Shown here: one piece after another, positions 21,342-31,600 of the stretch
Numbering within the stretch: the first letter of the stretch is position 1
Layout of the letters: each line of letters starts with the position of its first letter
NCBI GenBank assembly: GCA_964430885.1
Contig: CAYSHM010000026.1
Span: forward strand, 1-46,505
Direction: 5' to 3'
Source of the DNA: an uncultured archaeon
GTDB lineage: Archaea > Thermoplasmatota > Penumbrarchaeia > JASLWR01
Length of the DNA: 46,505 bases
Translations under genes and position numbers: made by a program
The notes under the pieces: model-generated
Databases searched by the model: none
What the model was told of the DNA's origin: nothing
What the model saw: only the letters and a program-made list of their open reading frames with translations

Positions 21342-24300
21342 ATGAACATGAAAAAATTGATATTGATACTTGCTATCAGTGCCTTGATCCTCACTGGATT
21401 GGCACTTTTAGTAGGAACTTTATTTGAAAGCAATAATGCTGAGAACGTAACTGTAGAGGAAGTGGTTTTTCTTCCCTACCAGAATGAGATAACTGCGGAT
21501 ACCCAAACCATGAGCTATGGTATGGCAGCCAAATTTTCTGACGGCAGTATCGGGCCAATGGGATCGAATCTGGACACTTTTGTTGATGATGTTAATACTG
21601 AACCAGAAACAGAATATCGAACAAGAGATGTCCCAACCCGCGGTGAAGAGATCTTTGAATTTTCAAACTGCAGTGCCACAGGTAGATATGGCCCAAGTCA
21701 GGGACAGGTGGATAATACCTATTCCGGTTCAACACTTGAGGGATCAGTTGTCCGGATTGGAAACGGGATCCAGCAGTGGGAGATTCCAGGTTCAGGCCAA
21801 TATGTATTTGAAGTAGCGGGTGCTGAATCGGGAAGGGATGGATACAATCAGAACACCGGTAATGGCGCCATCATGAGAGGTACATTCGAACTCGATGAAG
21901 GAGATGTACTGAAAATACTGGTCGGTCAACGCGGTGATTTTACAGGTTACTGCTGCGGTGCAGCTGGTGGGGGCGGTACATTTGTAACTTATTCAGATAA
22001 CACTCCATTGATAATTGCTGGCGGTGGTGGTGGATATAGGGCAGATTGGGGTGGTCTTAATTCCCAGTACCAGCAAGGAACTACAGAGCAGAATGGCCAA
22101 TGGGCCTATTGGAACGGCGAATGCGGACCTGGGGGTACAAATGGCAACGGTGGAGGCAGAGGCTGCGGTGGATGCGGCGGGGGCGGGGGCGGTGGTTTAT
22201 TGACCAATGGCGCTGGAGCGGGCTGCTGCGGTGGAACTGCTATGTCCTTCCTGAATGGAGGAGTTGGCGGACCTCAAGGCGGTCAAGGTCATGGTGGATT
22301 CGGCGGGGGTGGCGGAACTGGTTGCGGAGGCGGTGGAGGTGGAGGCGGATATTCAGGCGGGGGGTCCTGCGACTGGGGAAGTGCAGGAGGCGGAGGTTCG
22401 TATAACGATGGTGAGGATCAGGATAACGAAAGCGGGGCCAACAGCGGTCACGGATATGTTACCGTTACCTATACAGGAGGTGGAACTTCCTCTGAATACG
22501 GAAATGAGTATGAGGAAGGATCCGGAGAATCATATGTTTTCAACAATTGCAGTCAATCGGGAAGATATGGGCCAAACCAGGGACAGGTTAATTCGGAATA
22601 TGCAGGATCAAATCTTGAAGGTCAGGTGAACGTGTACACCCAGGGAATACAGGAGTGGACTGTTCCGGAAACCAATACTTACATAATTGAAACCTGGGGG
22701 GCCAAAGGAGGAACTAGCAACAGAAGAAGTCCCGGAAACGGCGCCTACATTCAGGGAGAGTTCGATCTTACCCAGGGCCAGGTTCTGAAAATAGTGGTAG
22801 GGCAGATGGGTATCGACCATGGAGACAACGGAGGCGGTGGAGGAGGTTCATTTGTCTATACCGGATCAATTGGCGGAGGAGGTTTGCTCATCGCCGCTGG
22901 TGGAGGTGGAGGTGCGGGATATAATTCAGCTGATGGAATGCCAGGTGTGACCACTGAGAACGGAACAGGATACCAAGGAAATTGCGGATATCAAGGCGGA
23001 ACCAACGGTTACGGTGGGCAGGGCGGTTATGCCGGAGGCGGAGCTGGTTGGAAAGGGGATGGAGGTGACCCCGGTGGAGGAGATAGATTTATCGGCGGTA
23101 GTTATTATGGCGGTCAAGGAGGTTTCGGGGGGGGCGGTGCAGGTACAAATGGGGATAATGGCGGAGGCGGTGCAGGAGGTTACTCCGGTGGAGCTAGCGG
23201 ATGTGACGGCGGTAACGGATACGGCGGCGGCGGAGGGGGCTCCTATAATGGCGGAGATAACCAATCTGGCTCAGATGGACAAAACAGTAGCCATGGAAAG
23301 GTCAAGATCACCACTCCTCCGGTAGTAATTGGAGTATATTACCATGAAACATTTTCTGATCCTTTATTCGGAAATGAAGCTTCAGAATTCGGTACTGCTT
23401 GGAACAGACAAAGCCAACTTGAGAGTGGAACAAATGAAAGGGCAATTACAGATCCTGGACAGATCATTGTTGGACAATATACTTTCACTAACTGCGATAC
23501 AACAGGCCGATTCGGACCTGACCAGCCCCAGATAAATACTGCTTACAGCGGTACTAGTTTGGAGGGTTTTGTTACTATCAACACCCCGGGAATACAAGAA
23601 TGGACTGTACCCCAGGATGGGACCTATACTATGGAGGCTTATGGAGCGCAGGGAGGAGATACAGGACAGAACTATGGTGGAGACCCTGATTATCCTGGGG
23701 CTAAAGGAGCTAAAATGGTGGGGGATTTTGAACTGAATGAGGGGGATGAATTGAAGATACTCGTAGGTCAGAAAGGAGAACCTACCCCCGGCGGTAACAA
23801 TTATGTCAGATTGTCAGGAGGAGGAGGGGGTACATATGTTACCCTTGACGATAATACTCCCCTTATAGTTGCCGGAGGAGGCGGCGGACACTATTTCAAT
23901 CAATCTCAGGGCGGACATCCTGGAGATGCGAGTATAGGAGGAAATACCAATGGAGGCTGGGGGGGTAACTCAGGTGGGGGTGGCGGAGGATTGATCGGAA
24001 ACGGAGGCGATATTCGTGGCGGGAAATCCTTCGTTAACGGGGGTGAAGGTGGCTATAGTTACAGAGCGGATTGGAGCGGGGACGGCGGTTTTGGCGGCGG
24101 CGGCGGAGCCCAACACGGCAGTTGGGGTGCAGGCGGTGGTGGATATCAAGGCGGAGATGCAGCTTCCTATAGGGGTTACGGCGGTAAATCCTATAATGAC
24201 GGAGATAACCAGGATAATACTAGCGGTGTCAATTTAGACCATGGAAAGGTAGTAATAACCATGTATGAAGATCTTCCAGACCCTGGATTCGATGCTTTTG

Positions 24301-27300
24301 AGGAGGAAGAACGAGGTCCTTTCTGCTGGAGAATGGATAATTCCAATGGGCTTCGGGACAACAATCAGAATGAACTTATCCTTCATATCGGGCTTGATGC
24401 AGGTGAGGAAGGTGAAGTTACGGACCTTACCCTTGATTTCGCTTCAGAGATATATGGGAACTGCGATCCAATGCCCCCCATGTTCGATTCGGAAGACGAT
24501 GCACACTATGATGGTGTGGCTGTAAGTGTGAACGGCATGAGTTGGTACAAGGTCTGGTCGCCTCCAAACCCCGCAGGGTGGTACATGCATGAAGATTTCG
24601 ACCTTTTGGATATTCTACCAAATAACAGCGTTGACCCGCAAGAGGACCTGTATATTAAATTCATGCAGTATGGAAGCGGGGCCATCCCTGATGAAGGTAT
24701 GTTATGGGATGAGATCACCATTCGATCCAATGCTGAGGTGGAGTACATATTTGAGGTTCCCTCTTTGCATGTATCTATTGATACGGACCCTGAAGAACCC
24801 TTCAGAATATATGCTGAAGGCCAGGGTGAACCGGATGTGGCCAATGTTACTATAAACATTGATGGATTGGGTGGAGCTTTAGCAGAAAATACAAGGGCAG
24901 ACCCTATTATATATACCTTTAATAACTGTGGCGCCACAGGTTACCAGGGACCGAATCAGGGCCAAGCTAACTCGGAATACCAGGGAACCACTCTCGAAGG
25001 CCTTGTAAGTATTGCAAATTATGGTATTCAGGAGTTCACCGTACCTAAATCCGGTAGCTACACCATACGCGCAGCTGGAGGTCAGGGCGGGGGTACAAAT
25101 GATCATGGAGGCAAGGGTGCGATTATGCAGGGCGATTTTGAATTGGAAACTGGAGATGTCATCAAGATCGCTGTTGGTCAGATAGGCAATCATGACAGGG
25201 GCGATCCAAATCCCGGCGGTGGTGGCGGAACATTCGTAGTTGATCAAAACAATCAAGCCCTGGTAATATCTGGTGGTGGAGGCGGTGATTCCTCATGTGA
25301 TGGCAGATGCGGAACACATTATTACGGCGGCCCAGGTCTGATCACAACAAACGGAGGAAACGGGGCAGGTAGTGATGGTGGTTCAGGCGGCACTAATGGA
25401 CAGGGAGGAAATTCAGGAGGATGCCCGAACAGAGGAGCTGGAGGTGCAGGATTCTTAAGTGCAGGTCAAGACTGCTGCGGGAATATGCAAGGCGGATTCA
25501 CATGGCCGGATATGAGGGGAGGGCACAGAACCAGCGCGGGCTATACCCCTGGTTCTTTCGGAGGATTTGGAGGAGGAGGTCAGGGAGGACATTGCTGCGG
25601 AGGCGGATATGGGGGTGGCGGTGGTGGCTACAGCGGTGGTGGAGGTGGAGGTTATGCATCACCTAGATCTGCAGAAGGCGGTGGCGGTGGCTCAATCAAC
25701 AATGGTGAGAATCAGGTCAATGAAGAAGGCGGTAATTCCGGATACGGATTTGTTGAGATCACATTCCTCGGAGGTACAACACCGGCGGGTCAGGAGGTCA
25801 GGCTGACCTATGATAGAGCAGATGGTATCATCATAGATAACAATCCGTCCATCACACAGATCACCTGGTCCTCAGCAGATGTAAATCCTGAAGATGATGT
25901 TGTGTTTGTTGGTGACGAGTTCGATGTGAATTTCTCCATATCCAATCTAGAGGGATTTGCAGGAGAGATAGGAACATTCACCCTTCAGTATATATCCTGG
26001 GATAATGAATTGATCCAGATGGAACTAGAATCACCATACCTTAGAATTCAGGAGTTCGCCTTTGCTGAGTTCAGTGAGGATTCGGAGTTCATAGCAAATA
26101 AACACGGACCAAACCCGGAGGATGGAAATTTCATCACATTACTTTCATATGATGATCTGGAACCCCCCGGTGAGATGATACCTCAGCAATTCCACAACTG
26201 GCAGGTTGATTTCCCCACCGCGGACAGTTGGCAGCTTTTCGATACAGCCGAGAGCCATCAGAAATACCTCCATGTTGTCGGTGGTGAACCCGGAGATGAA
26301 GGTTCCATTTCAGTCACCCATGGTGCTGCCAGAGGAACTGGAGATACCTACGACTTCTCAATAACCCTGACATCAGGTCCAGCCACCACTGCTACCGTAA
26401 CACCTTTGGACACATACATGTACTCTATGACCGACATACTTACAGTAGCTGTTCAGGATGACTATGGAAATGAAGCTGTTGATTGGACCGGGAAGATGTA
26501 TATACGGCTGGATGCAGGTGAAGTGGATTTCTCAGAGGAAGTAGAGATCGAAGATGACGGAGGACCGTATGACGGGTGGCTTTATTACGAGTTTACCCAG
26601 GCTGACAGAGCACTCCATACCTTCTTTGTTACCCCATGGACATACATGGGTGATGGCGATACCATTATCCATTTTGAGACAGTTGCAGGTTTGAGTGCCG
26701 ATGTTTCCCTGAATGTAGATGCGGGACCTGTGTCTGATCTGGTGGTAGTGCCAGACTGGGATGAGATGGGTGTTACATCTAGAGATCCTGCTTATATTTA
26801 TGCTGGTGAAACATTGTACCTGGATGTATATGCAACTGATGCTGGTGGTCACGTGTCCACAAGCTATGAGGCACCAATCATCATGGAACATAATTCATCT
26901 GCGACCGGAGATCTTGAACCTGAACCCTGGCATACTGAATCATCAAATGTGATCATGCAGATGGAGAATGGATCAATTATTGCAGGTGACCAAACCACAG
27001 AATTCATATTCTTCCAGTCGACTATAGATCTAGACATTAGTGCAAAATCCGGAATAAATCATGCTGTCAATGGAAAACTTGATCTGGAGGTGAAACCTGG
27101 TCCATTAGCCGAACTAACACCAATACCTGATCCTTCCACTCTGAGTATTGAATATGCAGCAGACGGAAGAATATTGGTACCCGTCAGCGGAACACAGAAT
27201 TTCGATGTTGAGGCCTTCGATCAATGGGGTAATCCCATCACCGAGTTTGACATTACAGATCGGGATGCTGATGAGATCATAGGCATTATGGATGAGGACG

Positions 27301-28535
27301 AATTTCAGGCTGTGGACTATTTCAGTCTAGAAGATGATCCAGGGATTGAACCAGGTGAATACTCCTACATGGACGGAATGGTATATATCACTGCAGAAGA
27401 TACAGATGAGTTTCTTGAAGGCGAGGTCACTCTTGAGATACCTGTTAGAGTGTTCAACAGGTTGAACATATGGCTTGTGGAAGAAGAGATAGGTGCTACA
27501 GAGTTCCTTCTGGATACACCTTTCGAACTTAGAGTTCCAGTCCATTACAAGACTCCTGCTGCCTCATTCCCTGATAATCTGCAGCTTCTTGTCAAGTGTA
27601 CTATATACCATGAAGTTAACCTTCAGGGTGAGGAGCAGGGTGAAGGTCATGTGATCCACACTAGCGGTGCTCCCAACGGTACTTTCAGACTGCTATATCT
27701 GCATTCTGACCAGGAAGGAATAAGGGAGTATGGTGCAATGATACCTTTCGAGAGCATGGCATCAGCCCTGAACTTTGATACAGAAAACGCTGATACGATG
27801 AACTATCTGAAGGTAGAGATATTGGATGTACCCGGTGGAGCTGACATGGGTGATTTCCAGTGGAATGAAAGAGATGACTGGACCTTGACTGAGCTTCATG
27901 CGGTTGCAGCGCCTCCGGCTTCCGAAACACCTTCATTTGCACCGGGAATGGCCATAATGGTTCTAGCCCTCCTAGCAGGAGCGGTCATTGCCAGCCTCTA
28001 TTCCCGAAGCGATGATAAGGGACGGAAGAGTAAGAAGGACGATGACGGTGTTTCACCGGTTATCGCTATCATTCTCATGGTAGCCATAACCATCGTTCTT
28101 GCCGGTGTTCTCTGGCTGTGGGTGTCGGGACTTGTTGATACGCAGAAGAGCAACGATATCGAGTATGTTGATACCGCCTGGGAAGGTCCGACGCTTCAGA
28201 ACGATTACCAGCTCATCATCGAGAATGTTAAGGACAAGGAATTCTCGGTTGAGGACCTGGAGTTCTCCCTTATGGACGGGAACAAGGTCGATAAAAGCAT
28301 GGGTCAGCACAAGGTGACCGCCATCTATGGTAAATCTATAGACAACGAGACCATTGTTTCTTTCCATGACGGTGACCATGACGGATATCTGTCCACGGGT
28401 GATAGGTTCATCATCAAGAGCGAGGACCACGAGAACTATGACGGCAGTGCGGATCCAGGGGAAGCAAGGGCAGGATACTACTTTGCCCTGAAGACCAAGG
28501 ACAACGAGCTCTTCGAGGTTCAGATCGAGCAGTAA
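21342..28535 (+). CDS. Adhesin-pilin polyprotein paralog 4 (2397 aa) with four ALK/LTK-type glycine-rich domains
   Basis: Gly-rich domains at about 21645-22475, 22525-23315, 23475-24265 and 24905-25770; TPSF at 27927; KGRKSKKDDDG/VSPVIAIILM; mature pilin 28050-28532. Confidence 0.9.
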   Translation: MNMKKLILILAISALILTGLALLVGTLFESNNAENVTVEEVVFLPYQNEITADTQTMSYGMAAKFSDGSIGPMGSNLDTFVDDVNTEPETEYRTRDVPTRGEEIFEFSNCSATGRYGPSQGQVDNTYSGSTLEGSVVRIGNGIQQWEIPGSGQYVFEVAGAESGRDGYNQNTGNGAIMRGTFELDEGDVLKILVGQRGDFTGYCCGAAGGGGTFVTYSDNTPLIIAGGGGGYRADWGGLNSQYQQGTTEQNGQWAYWNGECGPGGTNGNGGGRGCGGCGGGGGGGLLTNGAGAGCCGGTAMSFLNGGVGGPQGGQGHGGFGGGGGTGCGGGGGGGGYSGGGSCDWGSAGGGGSYNDGEDQDNESGANSGHGYVTVTYTGGGTSSEYGNEYEEGSGESYVFNNCSQSGRYGPNQGQVNSEYAGSNLEGQVNVYTQGIQEWTVPETNTYIIETWGAKGGTSNRRSPGNGAYIQGEFDLTQGQVLKIVVGQMGIDHGDNGGGGGGSFVYTGSIGGGGLLIAAGGGGGAGYNSADGMPGVTTENGTGYQGNCGYQGGTNGYGGQGGYAGGGAGWKGDGGDPGGGDRFIGGSYYGGQGGFGGGGAGTNGDNGGGGAGGYSGGASGCDGGNGYGGGGGGSYNGGDNQSGSDGQNSSHGKVKITTPPVVIGVYYHETFSDPLFGNEASEFGTAWNRQSQLESGTNERAITDPGQIIVGQYTFTNCDTTGRFGPDQPQINTAYSGTSLEGFVTINTPGIQEWTVPQDGTYTMEAYGAQGGDTGQNYGGDPDYPGAKGAKMVGDFELNEGDELKILVGQKGEPTPGGNNYVRLSGGGGGTYVTLDDNTPLIVAGGGGGHYFNQSQGGHPGDASIGGNTNGGWGGNSGGGGGGLIGNGGDIRGGKSFVNGGEGGYSYRADWSGDGGFGGGGGAQHGSWGAGGGGYQGGDAASYRGYGGKSYNDGDNQDNTSGVNLDHGKVVITMYEDLPDPGFDAFEEEERGPFCWRMDNSNGLRDNNQNELILHIGLDAGEEGEVTDLTLDFASEIYGNCDPMPPMFDSEDDAHYDGVAVSVNGMSWYKVWSPPNPAGWYMHEDFDLLDILPNNSVDPQEDLYIKFMQYGSGAIPDEGMLWDEITIRSNAEVEYIFEVPSLHVSIDTDPEEPFRIYAEGQGEPDVANVTINIDGLGGALAENTRADPIIYTFNNCGATGYQGPNQGQANSEYQGTTLEGLVSIANYGIQEFTVPKSGSYTIRAAGGQGGGTNDHGGKGAIMQGDFELETGDVIKIAVGQIGNHDRGDPNPGGGGGTFVVDQNNQALVISGGGGGDSSCDGRCGTHYYGGPGLITTNGGNGAGSDGGSGGTNGQGGNSGGCPNRGAGGAGFLSAGQDCCGNMQGGFTWPDMRGGHRTSAGYTPGSFGGFGGGGQGGHCCGGGYGGGGGGYSGGGGGGYASPRSAEGGGGGSINNGENQVNEEGGNSGYGFVEITFLGGTTPAGQEVRLTYDRADGIIIDNNPSITQITWSSADVNPEDDVVFVGDEFDVNFSISNLEGFAGEIGTFTLQYISWDNELIQMELESPYLRIQEFAFAEFSEDSEFIANKHGPNPEDGNFITLLSYDDLEPPGEMIPQQFHNWQVDFPTADSWQLFDTAESHQKYLHVVGGEPGDEGSISVTHGAARGTGDTYDFSITLTSGPATTATVTPLDTYMYSMTDILTVAVQDDYGNEAVDWTGKMYIRLDAGEVDFSEEVEIEDDGGPYDGWLYYEFTQADRALHTFFVTPWTYMGDGDTIIHFETVAGLSADVSLNVDAGPVSDLVVVPDWDEMGVTSRDPAYIYAGETLYLDVYATDAGGHVSTSYEAPIIMEHNSSATGDLEPEPWHTESSNVIMQMENGSIIAGDQTTEFIFFQSTIDLDISAKSGINHAVNGKLDLEVKPGPLAELTPIPDPSTLSIEYAADGRILVPVSGTQNFDVEAFDQWGNPITEFDITDRDADEIIGIMDEDEFQAVDYFSLEDDPGIEPGEYSYMDGMVYITAEDTDEFLEGEVTLEIPVRVFNRLNIWLVEEEIGATEFLLDTPFELRVPVHYKTPAASFPDNLQLLVKCTIYHEVNLQGEEQGEGHVIHTSGAPNGTFRLLYLHSDQEGIREYGAMIPFESMASALNFDTENADTMNYLKVEILDVPGGADMGDFQWNERDDWTLTELHAVAAPPASETPSFAPGMAIMVLALLAGAVIASLYSRSDDKGRKSKKDDDGVSPVIAIILMVAITIVLAGVLWLWVSGLVDTQKSNDIEYVDTAWEGPTLQNDYQLIIENVKDKEFSVEDLEFSLMDGNKVDKSMGQHKVTAIYGKSIDNETIVSFHDGDHDGYLSTGDRFIIKSEDHENYDGSADPGEARAGYYFALKTKDNELFEVQIEQ

Positions 28536-28584
28536 TGTACATCTGGAATCTCTATTTTTGATTTCTTGCTAGATAATTCCGAAC

Positions 28585-28613
28585 GGGTCCTTTGGGACCC
28601 TATTTTTTTTTTT
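28585..28613 (+). terminator. Hairpin + T-tract terminator
   Basis: GGGTCC-TTTG-GGACCC then TA and T11. Confidence 0.85.
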
Positions 28614-28615
28614 CT

Positions 28616-28632
28616 AGAAAACTTTTTTATAC
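28616..28632 (+). promoter_or_regulatory. Candidate BRE-TATA for paralog 5
   Basis: AGAAAA-C-TTTTTTATAC about 63 nt before ATG 28695; SD GGAGTGA at 28681-28687. Confidence 0.6.
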
Positions 28633-28694
28633 GTTAGCTTAGCTCATTATTTCTCTGAATTTAAATAAAAATATCAGATAGGAGTGATGAAATA

Positions 28695-31600
28695 ATGGTA
28701 GAAGGAGATACGAATAGACTGAAAAAAATAATCCTGATAGTCGCTATTAGTGCTTTGGTCCTTACTGGGATCGCAGTATTGATAGGAACAGTATTTGAAT
28801 GGGATAATTCCCGAAATATAACAGTGGAAAATGTTGTATATCTTCCCAATATGAACGAGGTTAATTCAGAAACCGATACAATGAGCTACGGAGCGGCAGT
28901 CCAATACTCCGACGGGTCCATAAGCTCTCTTGGGTACTCATTGGAGAGGATCAAGAACAGTGACAAGGAATCCTCGGATGAAAAAATTGAATTGGATGGT
29001 GAATCAACAAGAGCGGTTCCCAATGAGGGTGATTCATGGGATTTCTCATATACGGGTTCAGCCCAGGAATGGGAAATACCTGCCAATGGCATCTATAAAC
29101 TAGAGGTTTGGGGCGCAGAAGGGGGATCCACGAACTATGCTGCTGGTAAGGGAGGTTACGCCTGTGGTGATTACGAGTTCATCAATGTTGATTCGATTTT
29201 TGTTTATGTAGGTGAAAAAGGAACTACCATTCCAGGCTGCGACACCACTGGAGGAGGCGGTTGGAACGGCGGTGGTGACGGTTCAACATGGAATTGCGGT
29301 GAACACTACGGAGGCGGAGGTGGAGGTACGGACATAAGAAATGAAGGGGGAAACTGGGATAGCCAGCTGGGTTTGGATTCCAGAATAATTGTCGCGGGTG
29401 GTGGCGGCGGTGCAACCAATAACGGTAACTGTACTGGTGGTGCAGGTGGAGGTCTTACAGGTGGTAATGCAGGAGGCAACTATGGGGCGGGAATCGGAGG
29501 AACCCAGAACAATGGAGGCCAGAACAATGGAACATTCGGTAAAGGCGGTTCCTGTAATAACACTTGGAGCATGGGTTGGGTAGGCGGCGGTGGCGGTGGA
29601 TGGTACGGAGGAGGACACGGCAACGCCCATGGAGGCGGTGGTGGCGGTTCGTCTTACTACGGTGATCTAGAAAATTCTGGTACGCAGAGCGGTCAGAATT
29701 CAGGGCACGGGAAAGCAAAGATTACTCTTATAGAACTCGGTTCAGGAGGACCATCAGATTATGGAAATGAATATGAAGAGGGAAGTGGAGAATCCTATGT
29801 TTTCACCAATTGCAGTCAATCGGGAAGATATGGGCCAAACCAGGGACAGGTTAATTCGGAATATGCCGGTTCAAACCTTGCAGGTCTGGTAAACGTATAT
29901 ACCCAAGGAATTCAGGAATGGACCGTTCCTGAAACCAACACTTACATTATAGAATCCTGGGGAGCTAGAGGTGGAGCGGGACAGAATAGAAGTGCAGGCA
30001 ATGGAGCCTATATCAAAGGTGAATTCGATCTCACCCAGGGTCAGGTATTGAAGATCGTTGTAGGACAGATGGGATCTCCAGGGTCCAACGGAGGAGGAGG
30101 TGGTGGTTCATATGTTTACACCGGTTCAATTGGAGGAGGAGGTCTTCAAATAGCCGCTGGCGGGGGCGGCGGTGGAGGGTATAATTCAGCCGACGGTCTT
30201 CATGGAGCGATTACCGAAAATGGATCGGGTTATCCCTATAATTGCGGATATAACGGCGGGACAAATGGATACGGAGGACAGGGCGGCGCTGCAGGTGGAG
30301 GAGCCGGATGGAAGGGAAACGGCAGTGGTCCTGGAGGAGGATCGAGATTTATTGGAGGTAGTTATAATGGAGGACCGGGCGGATTCGGCGGCGGTGGTGC
30401 TGGAACCTATTCCGATAATGGTGGTGGTGGAGCTGGAGGCTACTCCGGAGGTGCATGCGGATGCGACGGCGGTAATGGATACGGTGGAGGTGGAGGCGGG
30501 TCCTTTAACGACGGTGACAATCAATCTGGTACTGAAGGACAGAACAGTGACCATGGTAAGGTCAAGATCACAACGCCTCCAGTCATTATTGGAGTATATT
30601 ATCATGAAACCTTTTCAGACCCCCTATTTGGTGAGAATGCTACTGAATTCGGTCCTGCCTGGGGAAGGGACAGCCAGCTTGAGACTGGAACCAATGAGAG
30701 AGCAATTACCGATCCGGGGCAGATCATTGTTGAACAGTATACATTTTCCAATTGCGGTTCTACTGGCAGGTACGGTCCGAATCAATCAGATGCCAACTCT
30801 GAATACAGCGGAACCAGCCTTGGTGGTGAAGTTACCATCAGCACTCAGGGTATACAGAAGTGGGTAGTTCCCGCGGATAATACTTATACAATAGAGGTAT
30901 GGGGTGCTTCATCCGAACCCCAGACACATAATTATTCCTCTTACACTGGGAGATATGGTCGAGGGGCCCGCATGCAGGGTGATTTCGAACTCAATGAGGG
31001 CGACACGCTGCAGATATTAGTTGGACAAAAACCCATTCAGAATAATTTCAACGGCGGTGGCGGAGGTACGTTCGTGGCTATAGGTCAATCCCATGCCAGC
31101 GCAGATCCTCTGATCATAGCCGGCGGTGGTGCATCATACCGTGTAGGGTACAATTATAACGGTGATTGGCAGACCATGATAGATGGAACTACAGATGAAT
31201 CCGGAAATGATGCTTATGGTAATGGAGGAGACAACGGGAACGGCGGATACTCCAATGCCTGCGATGGCCCCGGAGCGGGGTTCCTCACTGATGCCCAGGG
31301 TGGATGCTACACCCGTGCAAAGGCATTCCGGAACGGCGGAGTTGGTGGTGAATACAATACCAATGGCGGACAGAACGGAGGTTTCGGAGGAGGAGGACAC
31401 GGTGGCTGGGGTGGGTCCGGTGGCGGTGGAGGTTATTCCGGAGGCGGTGCAGGTTACAACAATCCTTTCCCTCCTTCAGGAGGTGGAGGTTCATATAATG
31501 AAGGTGACAACCAGGACAATGACGGAGGTGTGAACACCGGCCACGGAATGGTCACGATCACCCTTTACGAAGATCTTCCAGATCCCGGATTCGATGCCTT

